Assembly (NCBI RefSeq): GCF_018350175.1
Contig: NC_058368.1
Location: 168,518,001-168,582,000, forward strand
Direction: 5' to 3'
DNA from: Felis catus
Lineage: Eukaryota
DNA: 64,000 nucleotides
Shown here: positions 24,784-37,068 of the stretch, piece after piece
Numbering within the stretch: the first letter of the stretch is position 1
Layout: each line of letters begins with the position of its first letter
Notes under the pieces: model-generated
The model's input: the letters and a program-made list of their open reading frames with translations, nothing else
Told to the model about the DNA's origin: nothing
The model's database searches: none
Translations under genes and position numbers: made by a program

Positions 24784-25407
24784 TGTAAAAGAAAAATTGT
24801 GCCAGGCCAGTTAAACAGGCAAGGAAAACTTTATGCAAAAGGAGAGAGAGACTATTGCAATAGAGGAGAGAAATTGAACTCTACTGAGGCAAAAGTCAGG
24901 AGGATTTCTAATGGAAAAGTACTGGGGAACTTGAGAAGTTAGTCAATGAGATTAGACCATCTGTATTTACTAAGTGTTGCTTATCAAAGTTAGATCCTAT
25001 CCTCCACCAAGACGGAGACAGGGTCTCCGTCTTGATGATTCCATTTCAAAAGGATGGCTCCGCTGTTCTCAAGAAAAACATTTTTGGTTGTAGAAAATTT
25101 ACATTTCAAAGAGAAGTAGAGAGAATTTACAACTGCAAGTTTTCTAAAGTAAAAAAAAGCCAGGGGCGCCTGGCTTGCTCAGTCTGCATAGCATGTGTCT
25201 CTTTATCTCCAGGTTGTGGGTTTGAGCCCAATGTTGAGTGTGGAGATTACTTTAAGAAAAGATAAAATCTTAAAAGAAAAGAAAAGAAAAGAAAAGAAAA
25301 GAAAAGAAAAGAAAAGAAAAGAAAAGGGCAACCAGACGCCTATAGTCAGAAAGAAGTTTATCTAAAATTTAGTCAAGTTAAAGGGAATGTTAGGGCCATC
25401 TTGGTCA
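24784..25407 (-). mobile_element. ERV1-class solo LTR (MER67-like)
   Basis: Minus strand starts tgaccaagatggccctaacattccc...cttgactaaattttaga; TG...CA ends; 4-bp TSD gtcc at 24780 and 25408. Confidence 0.85.
25163..25325 (+). mobile_element. Short Can-SINE (SINEC_c-like) with (GAAAA)n tail, inside the LTR
   Basis: ggggcgcctggcttgctcagtc...gagattactt...aaaatctt followed by about 10 GAAAA units. Confidence 0.9.
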
Positions 25408-26201
25408 GTCCCCATTTTACTTAGCTTTCAGAAAATTTAAACATAGTCTTTTTGAAGTTTTATTTCCCAACTGCTGGAGTCATTCAATCCCCTATCTACC
25501 TTCCACCAGGTGTTCCATGGTTCCAGGCACCAAGGGCCAAGGTGGACTCCTCTGAATATCAATTGTCCACAACCCAGTTTATGGCAGACTGTTCCACTAT
25601 GCTGATTAGCACAGCTCCTTGCAAGACCTGTAGTTATCCAATGCTTCTCTGCCATATTTAGGGCATGGGAATTTTACTTATAAATGGTCCATGAGCCAGT
25701 CTGCCTAGATAACCAGGATGGTTCTCTCTCTGACACATTCTTCATCTCATCAGACTAACAAGCCTGAATGGGGCAAAAGGGGGTAGAAGTAGAAAGAAAA
25801 ATAATTAACTTCTCAAATACATTTTCCTGCCACACATCCTAAAAAGTAGGCTGATTCACTCAACAAACATGAAAGCATAAGATGCTAATGTTGTGCATTT
25901 ATGTGCTAATTAAGGAAAACAAAGAAAATGCATCTTATTAGCCTCAAGTGATTAGAGTCTGAGTTTAACCATCCATCCATATAGTTTATATAGTATTTAA
26001 AGACTTGTCTGAATTGGAGCAGTAAATTTAAATACTAATTTTTTTTTCTCAGCACCTATACTAGAAACCATAGTAATCATTCATTTTTAAATATGCTTTT
26101 ACTATCTTATTCTTAAAGGTTTTTGATTATAGGCTATTGCTAGCTGTATGGGGATTTTCATATTTTAAGTTTTTGTCTTAACCTTTCTGATAATCACTTT
26201 C

Positions 26202-26237
<36 letters not shown>

Positions 26238-27011
26238 GTATATAATGTACCACACAGAATTTATCTATTTGTGTAACTCTGTGAAAACAAAGTTTGGTTT
26301 TGCACATAATCTCTGTATATGAGGAGAGGCCTGTGATAAAATCCTTAGAGATCATTTATGTGTTGCATATGGCTCTGGTATTCCTGTCAGGAATAAGCAT
26401 AATAATAAGTCCATTCAATGATTTCTGAGGAGATTGAACAATAAAATATCAAGAGTTTTTGTTTTTGTTTTTGTTTTTAAGAAAACCTTGCAGTTTTAAA
26501 TAACATAGCAGATACCAACAAACATTAAGGTTGAACTAACTACTCAATTCATGACGTTGCCATGACAACAGATCTTGAAAACTGAAAGTGAGGGTAAAGA
26601 TGAATAAAAATTTGGGTTGTGGACCTCATCAAAAGATCAAATCCTTAATTTTTTCAACAAAAGAATGTTCTAATGCCTACCCCAGGTTTCTGTAGCTCCC
26701 TGGACAAACAGACCCCCTCCCTACTGGATTTTACTTCTCTCTTTGCCTCCTAAGGGTTTCCTGATGCTGCCACTCCACCCAGCCTCCTGAGTCTTTCTGC
26801 TTCCCTTGACTCTTAACTGAAAAGTAGGAAAAAAAAATTTTAATTCCATTAAAATGGAATGGCAGTACAGCAGAAACAGACTGGAATGCTCCAAGGGAGA
26901 TTTTAATAAGAAAACAAAGGAAAACAAAAATAATAGTTTAGCCTCCCAAGTCATTTTTCAATGATTTCCAGGTGTGGCTCTCTTGGCTTGAGCAGTTTAT
27001 GGAACTGTGAC

Positions 27012-27119
27012 TAGGGAGACCTAACCCATCCCAGCTTTCCCAGGAACTCATTCCCTGGCTTTAGCATACAAGCTAGGAAACCTTTTGGTCTTGGGAAACT
27101 GGGACGGTTGGTCACCTTA
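27012..27119. mobile_element. hAT-Blackjack MITE (MER94/MER81-like)
   Basis: Terminal inverted repeats agggagacc / ggtcacct; internal ctgggacggttgg. Confidence 0.7.
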
Positions 27120-27720
27120 CCCATCTGTGAGGGAGGATACCCTAAAACCTTCTTTTTCCAGTTCTTGGACTTTTTCCTACCCAACTCCTATGGTATCCCT
27201 TGAAGGTAGACATTGATGATAAGAAGGTTGAATGAGCTGGTCTGTGTGAGAATGGAAAGGTTCCACTTATTCAAATATGTTAGTGTGGCAAGAGCTAGTC
27301 AGAAGGCCATTGTGCCATGAACTTGCAAAGGAATATTTCATTACCTTAACAAGTATTTTTAGAAGTAGATGTCCTCAAGCCCCAGTAGTGGATGGCTTGC
27401 CAAAAGTTTATCACAGGTATTGCAGGGGCTGATATCAACGATAAACTAGATCTTTGGGTAGTGTGAATAGTCCGATAATAGCTATTCAACTGAGTACTGT
27501 GTAAAAAGTCAAAACAAAATGTTTTTAAAGACCTCCTGATCAAATAATCCAGCACACATGATCTATTGTAGACCCAACCCATAAGTATGGACAAATACCC
27601 TCAAAAGTGTTAAAATACCATATACAGTGAGTAATTGGAGGTGAATAATTGACTTTTCTAGAATTAGAGCTACCATTAACCTCAAATTTGAGTGAAATTT
27701 TTATAAATAACCTATTCTTT

Positions 27721-27934
27721 TTAAAAATTTTTTGTTTTGTTTGTTTTAAGTTTATTTATTTTGGGAAAGAGCCGGGGGGGGGGGGGAGGGGCAGAGAGAG
27801 AGTTTGAGATAATTCCAAGCAGGCTCTGTACCATCAGCATAGAGCTTGAGGTGGAGCTCAAACTCAAGAGCCATGAGATCATGACCTGAGCCGAAACCAA
27901 GAGTCCGATGCTCAATTGACTGTGCCAGACACCC
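27721..27934 (-). mobile_element. Can-SINE (older subfamily)
   Basis: gagatcatgacctgagccgaaaccaagagtcc; T-rich tail. Confidence 0.92.
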
Positions 27935-28174
27935 GTTTAACTTTTATACTTTTTTACATATATCCATCCATATAGAAAGGAATGAGAAATACAGAAAAGA
28001 ATAAAGACAAGGAAAGCCATCAATAATCTTATTACACAGAGATATCCACAGCTAATATTTTATCATTTCTTTCTGATATCTGTCTGTATACACCAACACA
28101 TGTACACGTATGTATCATTTGGCTATAATGTGCATGTGCTTTTCTAATTGCCTTTTTTTTTTTACATAACATTT

Positions 28175-28542
28175 GTTTTCAACAGAACATTGTATCCCCT
28201 TCCAAATTTATGTGTTGAAGCCTTAATCACCAATGTGATGTTATTTGGAGATGAGGCCTTTTGAGATGATTAGGATTGAGGTCATGAGGGTAGGACCCTC
28301 CTGATGAGATTAGTTCTCATATAAGAGGAGACAGCAGAGAGAGCTTGCTCTCTCTCTCTCCCTGACATGTGAGGACAGAGGAAGAAGGCAGCCAGGAAGA
28401 GAGCTGTCAGCAGGAACTGAATCAGCCAGTCCCTTTGATCTTGGACTTCCCAGCCCCCAGAACTATAAGAAATAAATTTCTGTTGTTTAGGCCACCCAGT
28501 CTATAGTATATTGCTATGACATCATAAGCAGACTAAGAAAAC
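28175..28542 (+). mobile_element. MaLR LTR (MLT1A/MSTD-like)
   Basis: aatttatgtgttgaagccttaatc...cttggacttcccagcccccagaactataagaaataaatttctgttg...gcagactaaga. Confidence 0.85.
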
Positions 28543-28719
28543 ATTATATGATAAACAAAAGTTTTTCTATGTTGAGCATTCTTCAAACACAACATTTATA
28601 ATGGCCAGTCATCTAACATACAGCATGAATGTCCTGTACTTATTGTACCAAACTGCTCATTTAATTCATTTAGATTTATAATATACACTTTTGGTTGTCC
28701 TTTCTGTTTTCCAAAAAGA

Positions 28720-29190
28720 ACAATGAATTTGGTCAGGAGTATACTGCTCTTCCAGGTAAACACGCACCTCAAAGAGAAATGATTCTACTAGGAGCTCCAG
28801 GAGTGGCCCTGGTTAGTGTAAAAATACAATTCTTTTTCCCAGTGATTATTTCAGAAATGGCATGTGACAACTACTAACCAATAAGATGTGAAAGGAAGTT
28901 CTGATGAAGAGATTCGGGGAGGTTTTCTCACATCCAAGACAGAGCCAACAGAAGTGATAGTCTCTCTTCTTATACAGCTTGTGAATTGTGGATATACAGC
29001 CATCTTACTTTCTGCCAGCTCTGAAGATCACAGAGAAAGGAATGAAACCTGGTTCGTTGATGACATCAGTGAACCACTGAATCACAACCCTGAAGCCTAC
29101 GTCCTCTGTTCTTCCTGTTGTGTGGGATAACTTTCCTCTGTGTTTAACTCAGCTTATGTCATAGGACTTCTGGTACTTGTATTTTATAAG
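28720..29190 (+). mobile_element. MaLR LTR (MLT1J-like)
   Basis: gcatgtgacaactactaaccaataagatgtgaa...tgatgacatcagtgaaccactgaatca. Confidence 0.6.
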
Positions 29191-31083
29191 TCTTGCTGTT
29201 ACAGCCATCTTTGTGCATAAATCTTTGTTCATATCTCAGATTATTTCCCAGAATGGAATCTCTAAAGAGAAAACCCTGGGTCAAAGATAATGAACATATT
29301 TAATATTTTTCGTGACTATTCCTAAACTTATTCTGAGAAAGGCTGCATCAGTTTACACTGCTATCGGCAATATGTGAACAACTATTTCAATGCACCTTTA
29401 CTAGCATCAAATGTTATTGTTTTAAAACTTTTTATTGATGTGGTAGAGAAATAATGGTGCCATGCTGTGATATTAATCTGCATCTTTGTTGAAGGGATTA
29501 AACATGTTTTCATATACAGTACTTATTAGTCACTTGCATTTAGCCATCTGTACGTTGTCTATTCATGTTCTTGGCTACTTTTTCTTACTGTTTTCTTAAG
29601 TGGAATTTAAGGGTAATTGTACTTGTTATTTTGATATATATCTGGTTTGGATGGAAAGACATATTATCAAAGGACAGAAATTGATCTTGGCTTTTTAGTT
29701 TATAAAATGAAAAAATAAAAAACAACATGAAACTCACTAGAGACACACAAAAAAAAGCTTCTCTTCTTTAAAAGATGTTCATATCTATGGAGTTTGGGTA
29801 AATTCATGAAAGAGTTTAATAGTTACAATCCAAATTCACATGGAGCCTTCTAACTTTTTTATTTCTCTAATCAGTACTCTTGGGCTATTTAACTGCTCAT
29901 TTTAAAGCTTCATTTATGACCTGTTCAGCAATATTTAGGTTTCCCTCCACTGCTTTAATAACCCACTATGACTACCCTCATGCACCCTCTTGCTAAAAAT
30001 TGTTTTATGTCAGAGCTTAGCAAATTTATGATCGGCTAGAGAGAAATATGGGTATGTGAAAGAAAAAATGAATTCTAATAATAATACATACTCGAGGTAT
30101 AGGAGGCAACACTTGTTAATTTTTATTCTGAAAGAGCCAGTTTTCAGCATTTCTGCAACCCTGGAAAATAGCATAATGCAGTCTTCATTATTAATGTGTT
30201 CGATTATACCTTTTTATTTAGGTTGGCATTAGCTAGGTACTCTCTTGAGAGAAAAGGGGAGACATGATGAATGATACTCATTCCCTCATTGCCAAACTCT
30301 TCCCATAACTTTGGCTGGATTATAAAGAAGAATATTACATAGTACAGCAGCCTGCTTTGCCCCACGGGAAAGTCTATATCACTTTTGGGTCTGGCTTGCA
30401 TGGAGGAAGAGTGGCAGCCTCTTCCATGTGATTCAATAGGTCCCTCTTAGGCTGGAGTGTAGGAGCTAGGAATCCTGAGTGGGTGGTCCTTGAGTTAGAT
30501 GGGCCTTGTTCTAGAAGTCAGGCAAAAGGGCTGCAGTCACTGAGGTTTGCAGCAGGGCTTTAGTGACCCAGGAACAGCTTGCAAGGGGAAGATGAGTAGC
30601 AGGATGGAAAGAAAAGCAAATCCTGGAAGCTGAAATACATGGTGGTGGAAAGAGTTTCAGTCGGAGGACAACAGGTCTCTTCCAGATTTGACAGGCAGCA
30701 AAGGACATTCAGAAATGTGGGATCCCAGTGGTTGACTTTGGAAAACCCAAATTCCAGGTCTGTTGAAGGGTAACAAATTCTATAAACTCATTTTAGCAAG
30801 GAGAAGGGTACGAAAGGGGTATCGTAGGACCCAAGGGCAGGTATTCAAGAAGAAATTGGAATCAAGAACAGGAAAGTCACCAGGAACTCAGGCCATGGTC
30901 AGCCATCTCTCTTCTTAATGTATATCTGTTATATTCTTCTCTCTACATGTGTCATAACTCATTGTGGCCCACAAAGAATGTGGCGTCTCCCAGCCTCTGA
31001 GTTTATATATCATAGTCCAACCACACAGATTCTGAATCTCTCTTTGTTACCCTACTCTCTTGCAATTTTTTCTCTCTAGAAAG

Positions 31084-31096
31084 GTAGATAGATGAC

Positions 31097-31128
<32 letters not shown>

Positions 31129-31137
31129 GATAGATAG
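31084..31137. repeat. (GATA)n tetranucleotide microsatellite
   Basis: Direct inspection. Confidence 0.97.
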
Positions 31138-31478
31138 CAAGAGTCTATTTCAATTTCTATTCACTAATCAGCCTGTTTCTAGTCCACTCATTTGTGTTCC
31201 TGGCAGGTAGGGTCACAGTGAATAGACAGGACGATGGGAACTCAACCCTGGGGATTAGAGTGAGAGAGGGGTAGCAAGATGGGCAGTTAAAGAGTTATTG
31301 TGAGCCATCTACTCAAAGTCTGAATTTCATTGGATTGGAGAGGAAGAATGGGGCTCTCACTGTACTGCCTGCTCCATATTGAGATTGGTCTTTGATAGAT
31401 GGATCCAGCTATTGTTGAGTTAAGGACAGTAGACTGAGTTAAGTTGAGTTAAGGACAGTCTTAAGAAAGTAACTGACA

Positions 31479-31673
31479 GGGGTGCCTGGGTGGCTCAGTC
31501 GGTTAAGCGTCCGGCTTTGGCTCAGGTCATGATCTCACAGTTTGTGAGTTCGAGCCCTATGTTGGGCTCTGTGCTGACAGCCTGGAGCCTGCTTCAGATT
31601 CTGTGTCTCCCTCGCTCTCTGCCCCTCCCCCACTCATGCTCTCTCTCAAAAATAAATAAACTTAAAAAAAAAA
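31479..31673 (+). mobile_element. Can-SINE
   Basis: Canonical head; degenerate TSD aaagtaac..aca. Confidence 0.95.
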
Positions 31674-33100
31674 AAAGTAACCTACATAGTTTCTGCCTTA
31701 AGGAATACTTGTGAAGAGTGGTTATATAACCACTTATAAATTCTTCTAGTAAGTATATATATATTTAATACATATTTGTTTTTATGCTTTAATAATTACT
31801 GAAAACTTTCTGCTATAATCGAGTAATAAGGTCTGGATTTGGCCTCCCATCCTCAACAGTTAAAAACTCAGATGAAATCTAGACAGCAAATGGTTTTCAA
31901 ACATGAAATAATGGGTAGTGCCAGGACTGTAATCCACAGGAACGGAAACCCATGATTACTTCAGTTTACTGCCTGAAGAGGCTATAGCACAGATAAGGGA
32001 ACTCAAACAGGGCCTGGCAGTTTCATGAGTTGAAAGTTCAAGGAGGCCAGGGTGGCTAGAATTTGTGGGACAGAGTAATGAAGAGAAGGCAACTGCAAAG
32101 AGAGAGAGCTCTGGAGATCTGCAAAGGACTTTCTTCAAATCTTCATCTGAGTAATGATCTGAGCAAGTATGCATGTGAGGAAACTACCCAAGGCCAGGGA
32201 ATGAACCAACAAAAAGGAATAGGAACAAGCATAAACATCACTGGAATTAATGCATAGTAAGAAGTAAGTTGTGTTCACACAAGCCCAAATGAAGATTTCC
32301 TAATACGTGAGACATTGGGTAGTCCTCTCAAATGGCTATTGCCTTACTGGTGGGGCCAAATTAGCTCTAGGCCAAAGACTGTTCTGGGTCAAATCAGACA
32401 AAATTTAAAAGTAAACCTCTAAATGATCAAAACAAATTCCAAATGATCCTGAACAAAGCCCAACGATAGTTAAATGAAGCAACAAAATATAACACTCAAC
32501 AAAATAAAATTCAAAATGTCTGGCATCCAATAAAAAACTACCAGGCATGCAAAAAGCAGGACCATAAGATCCTTAGATAGGAGAAAAATCAATCACATAT
32601 ATTTTAGAATCAGCAGATAAAAACATTGAAACAGCTATTGTAAATATATTCCATATGTTCAAAAAAGTGGAAGAAATATGAACATGATAAAGAGAGAAAT
32701 TGAAGATTTAAGAAAGACTTAAATAGAACTTTTAGAGATGAAAATACAATATATGAAATGAAATCTGAAAGCAATATCTAAAATGAAAAATACCTTGGAT
32801 GGAATTAACAGCAGATAGACACTACAGAAACAAAGATCACTGGACTTAAAGACTAGCAATAGAAATTATCAACAGAGAGAAAAAGACTGAAAAAAATTAA
32901 TAGAGCATCAATGACCTGAGGAATACTATCAAGCAGTCTCATATACATGTATTGGAGCCACAAAAGAAAGAGCGGGCTACAAAATGGGAAAAAAATTTTT
33001 TTGAAGAAATATTCTCCCAAGTTTAATGAAACCTATAAACCCACAGATACAAGAAACTGAAAACACTTCAAGTCAAGAAATATGAAAAAAAAAAAAAAAA

Positions 33101-33316
33101 GGGCGTCTGGATGGTTCAGTCTGTTGAGTGTGTGACTTCGACTCAGGTGGTGATCTTGTGGTCCATGAGTTCTAGCCCTGCAGAGGGCCCTGTGCTGACA
33201 GCTCAGAACCTGGAGGCTGCTTCAGATTCTGTGTCTCCCTCTCTCTCTCTGCCCCTCCCCTGCTCATGCTCTATCTCTCTCTCTCTCAAAATAAATAAAT
33301 AAACATTAAAAAAAAT
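33101..33316 (+). mobile_element. Can-SINE inside L1M
   Basis: TSD aagaaatatgaaaaaaa on both sides. Confidence 0.95.
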
Positions 33317-33686
33317 AAGAAATATGAAAAAAACAACACTTTGGTAGGCAGAATTGTGGTGGTCTCTCAAAGATACCCATGTCTTAATTCCTGGAACCTG
33401 TGACTATGTTACCTTACATCATTTGCAAATTAAGGATCTTAACTTGGGAAGATTATCTGATCTATCTGGGAGGACCCAATATAAAGGCCTTGTAAGACTC
33501 AGGCAAGAAAGTCAGAGAGAAGCAGATGTGGCAATGGAAGCAGAGGCTGTGATGATGCAAGGGCAGGCCAGGGGCCCAGGAATGCAAGCAGCCTCTGGAA
33601 GCTAAAAAAGGCAAGCAATGGATTCTCCCCTAAAGCCCCTAAAAGAAGGCCATGACCTTGATTTTAGCTCCATAAGGCTTATTTTT

Positions 33687-33909
33687 AAAAAATTTTTTTT
33701 TCAACGTTTATTTATTTTGGGGGGGGGACAGAGAGAGACAGAGCATGAACGGGGGAGGAGCAGAGAGAGAGGGAGACACAGAATCGGAAACAGGCTCCAG
33801 GCTCTGAGCCATCAGCCCAGAGCCTGACGCGGGGCTCGAACTCACGGACGGCGAGATCGTGACCTGGCTGAAGTCGGACGCTTAACCGACTCTGCCACCC
33901 AGGCGCCCC
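33687..33909 (-). mobile_element. Young felid SINE (SINEC_Fc)
   Basis: CpG-rich; diagnostic gccatcagcccagagcctgacgcgggg; TSD aaggcttattttt at 33674 and 33910. Confidence 0.97.
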
Positions 33910-33922
33910 AAGGCTTATTTTT

Positions 33923-34112
33923 TTTAATGTTTATTTATTTTTGAGAGAGAGAGAGAGCATGCAAGCATGGGAGAGGCAGAGAGAGAGGGGGACAGAGGAT
34001 CCAAAGCAGGATCTGTGCTGACAGCAGAAAGCCCCATGTGGGGCTCAAACCCGTGATACCACAACCTGAGCCGAAATCAGATGCTTAACCTACTGAGCCA
34101 ATCAGGCGCTCT
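33923..34112 (-). mobile_element. Older Can-SINE
   Basis: ggacagaggatccaaagc...atcaggcgctc. Confidence 0.9.
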
Positions 34113-34832
34113 GCCATAGGACTGATTTTAAACTTCTGACATCTATAACTGTAAGATGATAAATTTGTATTTTTTAAAATTGAAGTATAGTTGATACACA
34201 AAATTTGTATTCTAAGCCATTAAATTTGTCATCATTTGTTGCGGCAGCAATAGGAATCAAACATGAATAGGAATCTAACATGAATCTAACACGATGAACA
34301 AAGTACATCATAGAGAAATTGCCAAACATAAGTGATGAACAGAAAAAATCTGAAAAGCAGTGAGAAAGGAGAAAGGAACACATTGAATATTGAAGAAAAA
34401 TATCTTAAAACATCCAGAGAGGGAGAAAATGTACATTATATATAGAGGAACAGACCCATTCTAACACCTCTGACTTGATGTTGGAGTTCACTTACTGTGC
34501 CTTCAGTATATGTTTCAGTTTGAAGGTTGTCCCGTTATGAGTAGTAGTAATTACTTCCCTTCTAATGAGCCCCTGCTAGAATCCAGGCTTTTCGGGTAGA
34601 TTATTACCATTGTCAACTAAACTAACCAGTGAGTTTGAACCCAAGGGTAGGTGATTAGTAATGGAAGAGCAGCATTCAAATCCAGAACCTCTTGGGAGGA
34701 TCTGCTCATTTCACCATGAGTACTTTTCTTTCCTTAGGAAGAGCCCACATATCCCTCAAAGCCTTACTTAAGTCCCATCTCTTCAGTGAAATGTTTTCCT
34801 CCTAATCACAATAAATCTTATTGTCATTAAGC

Positions 34833-35207
34833 TATGGTAGGTTGTCTTTAAGGATTACGCCATCCCCTCCTCCACCTCTGCGAACCATACCACGGCTATC
34901 AAGGTCCTGTGGAGCCCTCCCCTGGGATGACTCTATAACTCACTTTGGCCAATAGAATGCCATGGAAATGGAATTGCATAACTTCCAAAGCTAGATATTG
35001 AATAACCTAGTAGCTTCTTTCTGGGGTTCTGAAATGAGTCCCTCTTGGAACACTTGCTCTGAGGGAGGCCAGGCGTCACGCAAAAATATCTGACTACCGT
35101 TAGACTGCCATGCTGTGAAGAGGCCAAGGTAGTTACATGAAAGGACATGTGGAGAAAGAGTCAAATGTCTAACTAACCCCAAATGGTTCCAGCATCCCAA
35201 TCCCAAC
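34833..35207 (+). mobile_element. MaLR LTR (MLT1F/G/H-like), 3'-truncated
   Basis: tatggtaggttgtc...ctttggccaatagaatg...gccatgctgtgaagaggcc. Confidence 0.7.
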
Positions 35208-35557
35208 TGAGACAGAAGAAAATGGTATCAGATGGAAATCTGAATGTGGACAGAGAAATGAGAAGCAGCAGAAATGGCAAATATGTCCAGAGATAAAAAA
35301 AATAGCTATTTTTTTCTCATTTGAAAATCTTTAAAAAAAAAAAAGATAGTTGACTTTAAACAAACATAACAGCAGTATATTATGAAGGTTATAGGATGTG
35401 CAGAAGTAAAATTTATGGCAATATGACAACACCACAAAAGAAGAGAGGCAAGAAATGAAAGCATACTATTAGGTTCTGAAAAGACACTTTGAGGTGGTAC
35501 AATAGTATTTAAAGGTTTACTGTGGTACGTTAAGGATGTATATTGTAAACTCCAGAG

Positions 35558-35711
35558 TAGGAGTTGCGAAACGAGGTTCTGTGAGCCAAATTTGTTTTGT
35601 AAATTCAGTTTTATTGGAACACAGCCAAGCCCATTTGTTTTCATATCTGTATGACCCAAAAAACCGAAAATACTTATTCTCTCAAATTTAGAGAAAAATT
35701 TGTCAACCCTG
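35558..35711. mobile_element. MER58A-like hAT MITE, internally deleted
   Basis: ttgtaaattcagttttattggaacacagcca...tttgtcaaccctg. Confidence 0.75.
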
Positions 35712-35869
35712 CCTTAAACAACTACTAAAAACCCCATAAAACAAAGAAGCATAACTAACCAAGTCAATAGTGCAGAGAAAACAGAAACATAATAAAAACT
35801 CAATCCAAAGGTAGACAGTAAAAGAGGAATCAAGTAATAATCTCCCCACTGCATGCCACACAGTTGAGA

Positions 35870-36440
35870 ATGCTAACCTTGAATTTTCTTCTCCCTTTCT
35901 GGTTGCTCCTTCTCAGTCTTTTTTCCCTTCCTCGGTTCCTTTCTTAAATGTTGCCTTCCCCCCCCCCCCCCATCTGCCTCACTAGCTTGTCTGCCACTTG
36001 CCACATGCATCTTCTTTTCCACACATGCAGAATCATCATCAGTTCTAAATACTCCATGCTGTTTCATGCATCTGAGTCTTAGCCCATGATATTCCCTCTA
36101 CGTGGAGCTCCTCACTCCTTCCATCCCCCAGTTCTTACCTCTGCTACTGCCCTGTGCCCTTGCTGACTCTAGCTAACTCTTGCTCAGAGGATGCACCTTA
36201 GACATGATCTCATCCATCCCACAAGCATTCCCTCATCCCATACCGCCCATGCCCAACCTTCTTTCTGCTACAAAAGTACCTTCTGCACTGAATCATAATT
36301 ATTTATTTACTTGTTTGTCTTTTCCATGAGACTCTAGGATCCTTGAGGTCAGGACTAATGTCTTATTTGACTTTATTTTTTTTATCCCTGTTACCTATAT
36401 AGAGTGGGTGTTGAATAAATATTTGTTAAATAAATATATA
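35870..36440 (+). mobile_element. L2 LINE 3' fragment
   Basis: gagactctaggatccttgaggtcaggactaatgtctt...aataaatatttgttaaataaat. Confidence 0.65.
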
Positions 36441-36868
36441 AAAGAGGAAATGAATATCTACTTGTAAAATGAGGCTATTATAAAATAATAATAACAGAAG
36501 CTAACATTTGTTAAAGGACACTTAGACACTGTCCAATGTGCTTTACATGCATTGGCTTACTCAATTTTTATAACAACCCTGTTAGGTATGTAATTCCTAA
36601 GTTTCCTGAGGTGGTGGAAGATTCGGACCTAGGTGTTCTGATGCCACAGCCTAAGTTCTGGAATGTTAAAAATGAAATAAACTGTAGAGACTATGTGTCC
36701 TACCCCCTCACTTTACTGATGGAGAAGCTGAGATTAACAGAGCTGATGTGTCTTGAGCTTCAAAAACGATAACTGAATGTTCAAAAGTATTTATAAATTC
36801 TCTGTCTTATTTAATTTATAAACTTAGTATCTTCAAGCCATGGACACCTCCCAAAAATGGCACTGCGT

Positions 36869-37068
36869 GGGGGCGACTGGGTGGTGCAGTTGGTTAAGCA
36901 ACGGACTCTTGATATCGGCTCAGGTCCTGATCTCACAGCTGTGGGACCAAGCCCTCTGCACTGAGCCTGGAGCAGGCTTGGGATTCTATCTCTATCCCTC
37001 TCTCTGGCCCTTCCCCACTCCCTCTCTTTTTCTCTCTCTCTCAAAATTAAATAAACATTTAAAAAAAA
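36869..37068 (+). mobile_element. Can-SINE (older subfamily)
   Basis: Head ggggcgactgggtgg; tail aattaaataaacatttaaaa; degenerate TSD. Confidence 0.92.

Larger units (their letters stand above)
27940..29600 (-). mobile_element. Old L1M 3' fragment, interrupted by two MaLR LTRs
   Basis: Antisense L1 3' motifs (ctgggtcaaagataatgaacat; catcagtttacactgc; aaataatggtgcc; gtctattcatgttcttggct). Confidence 0.6.
33340..34263 (+). mobile_element. MaLR LTR (MLT1D-like) inside L1M, carrying two SINEs
   Basis: tggtaggcagaatt...ctggaacctgtgactatgttaccttacat...gcagcaataggaatcaaaca. Confidence 0.88.
31795..35830 (+). mobile_element. Old L1M 5' part (5' UTR, ORF1, inter-ORF), fragmented by nested insertions
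   Basis: aaaattcaaaatgtctggcatccaat; ggatggaattaacagcaga; aaacctataaacccacagatacaagaa; cagatggaaatctg; A-rich ORF1-type sequence. Confidence 0.8.

Noticed and set aside
26205..26233. A29 run as a retrocopy tail
   Set aside because: No TSD and no upstream mRNA-, SINE- or L1-like body
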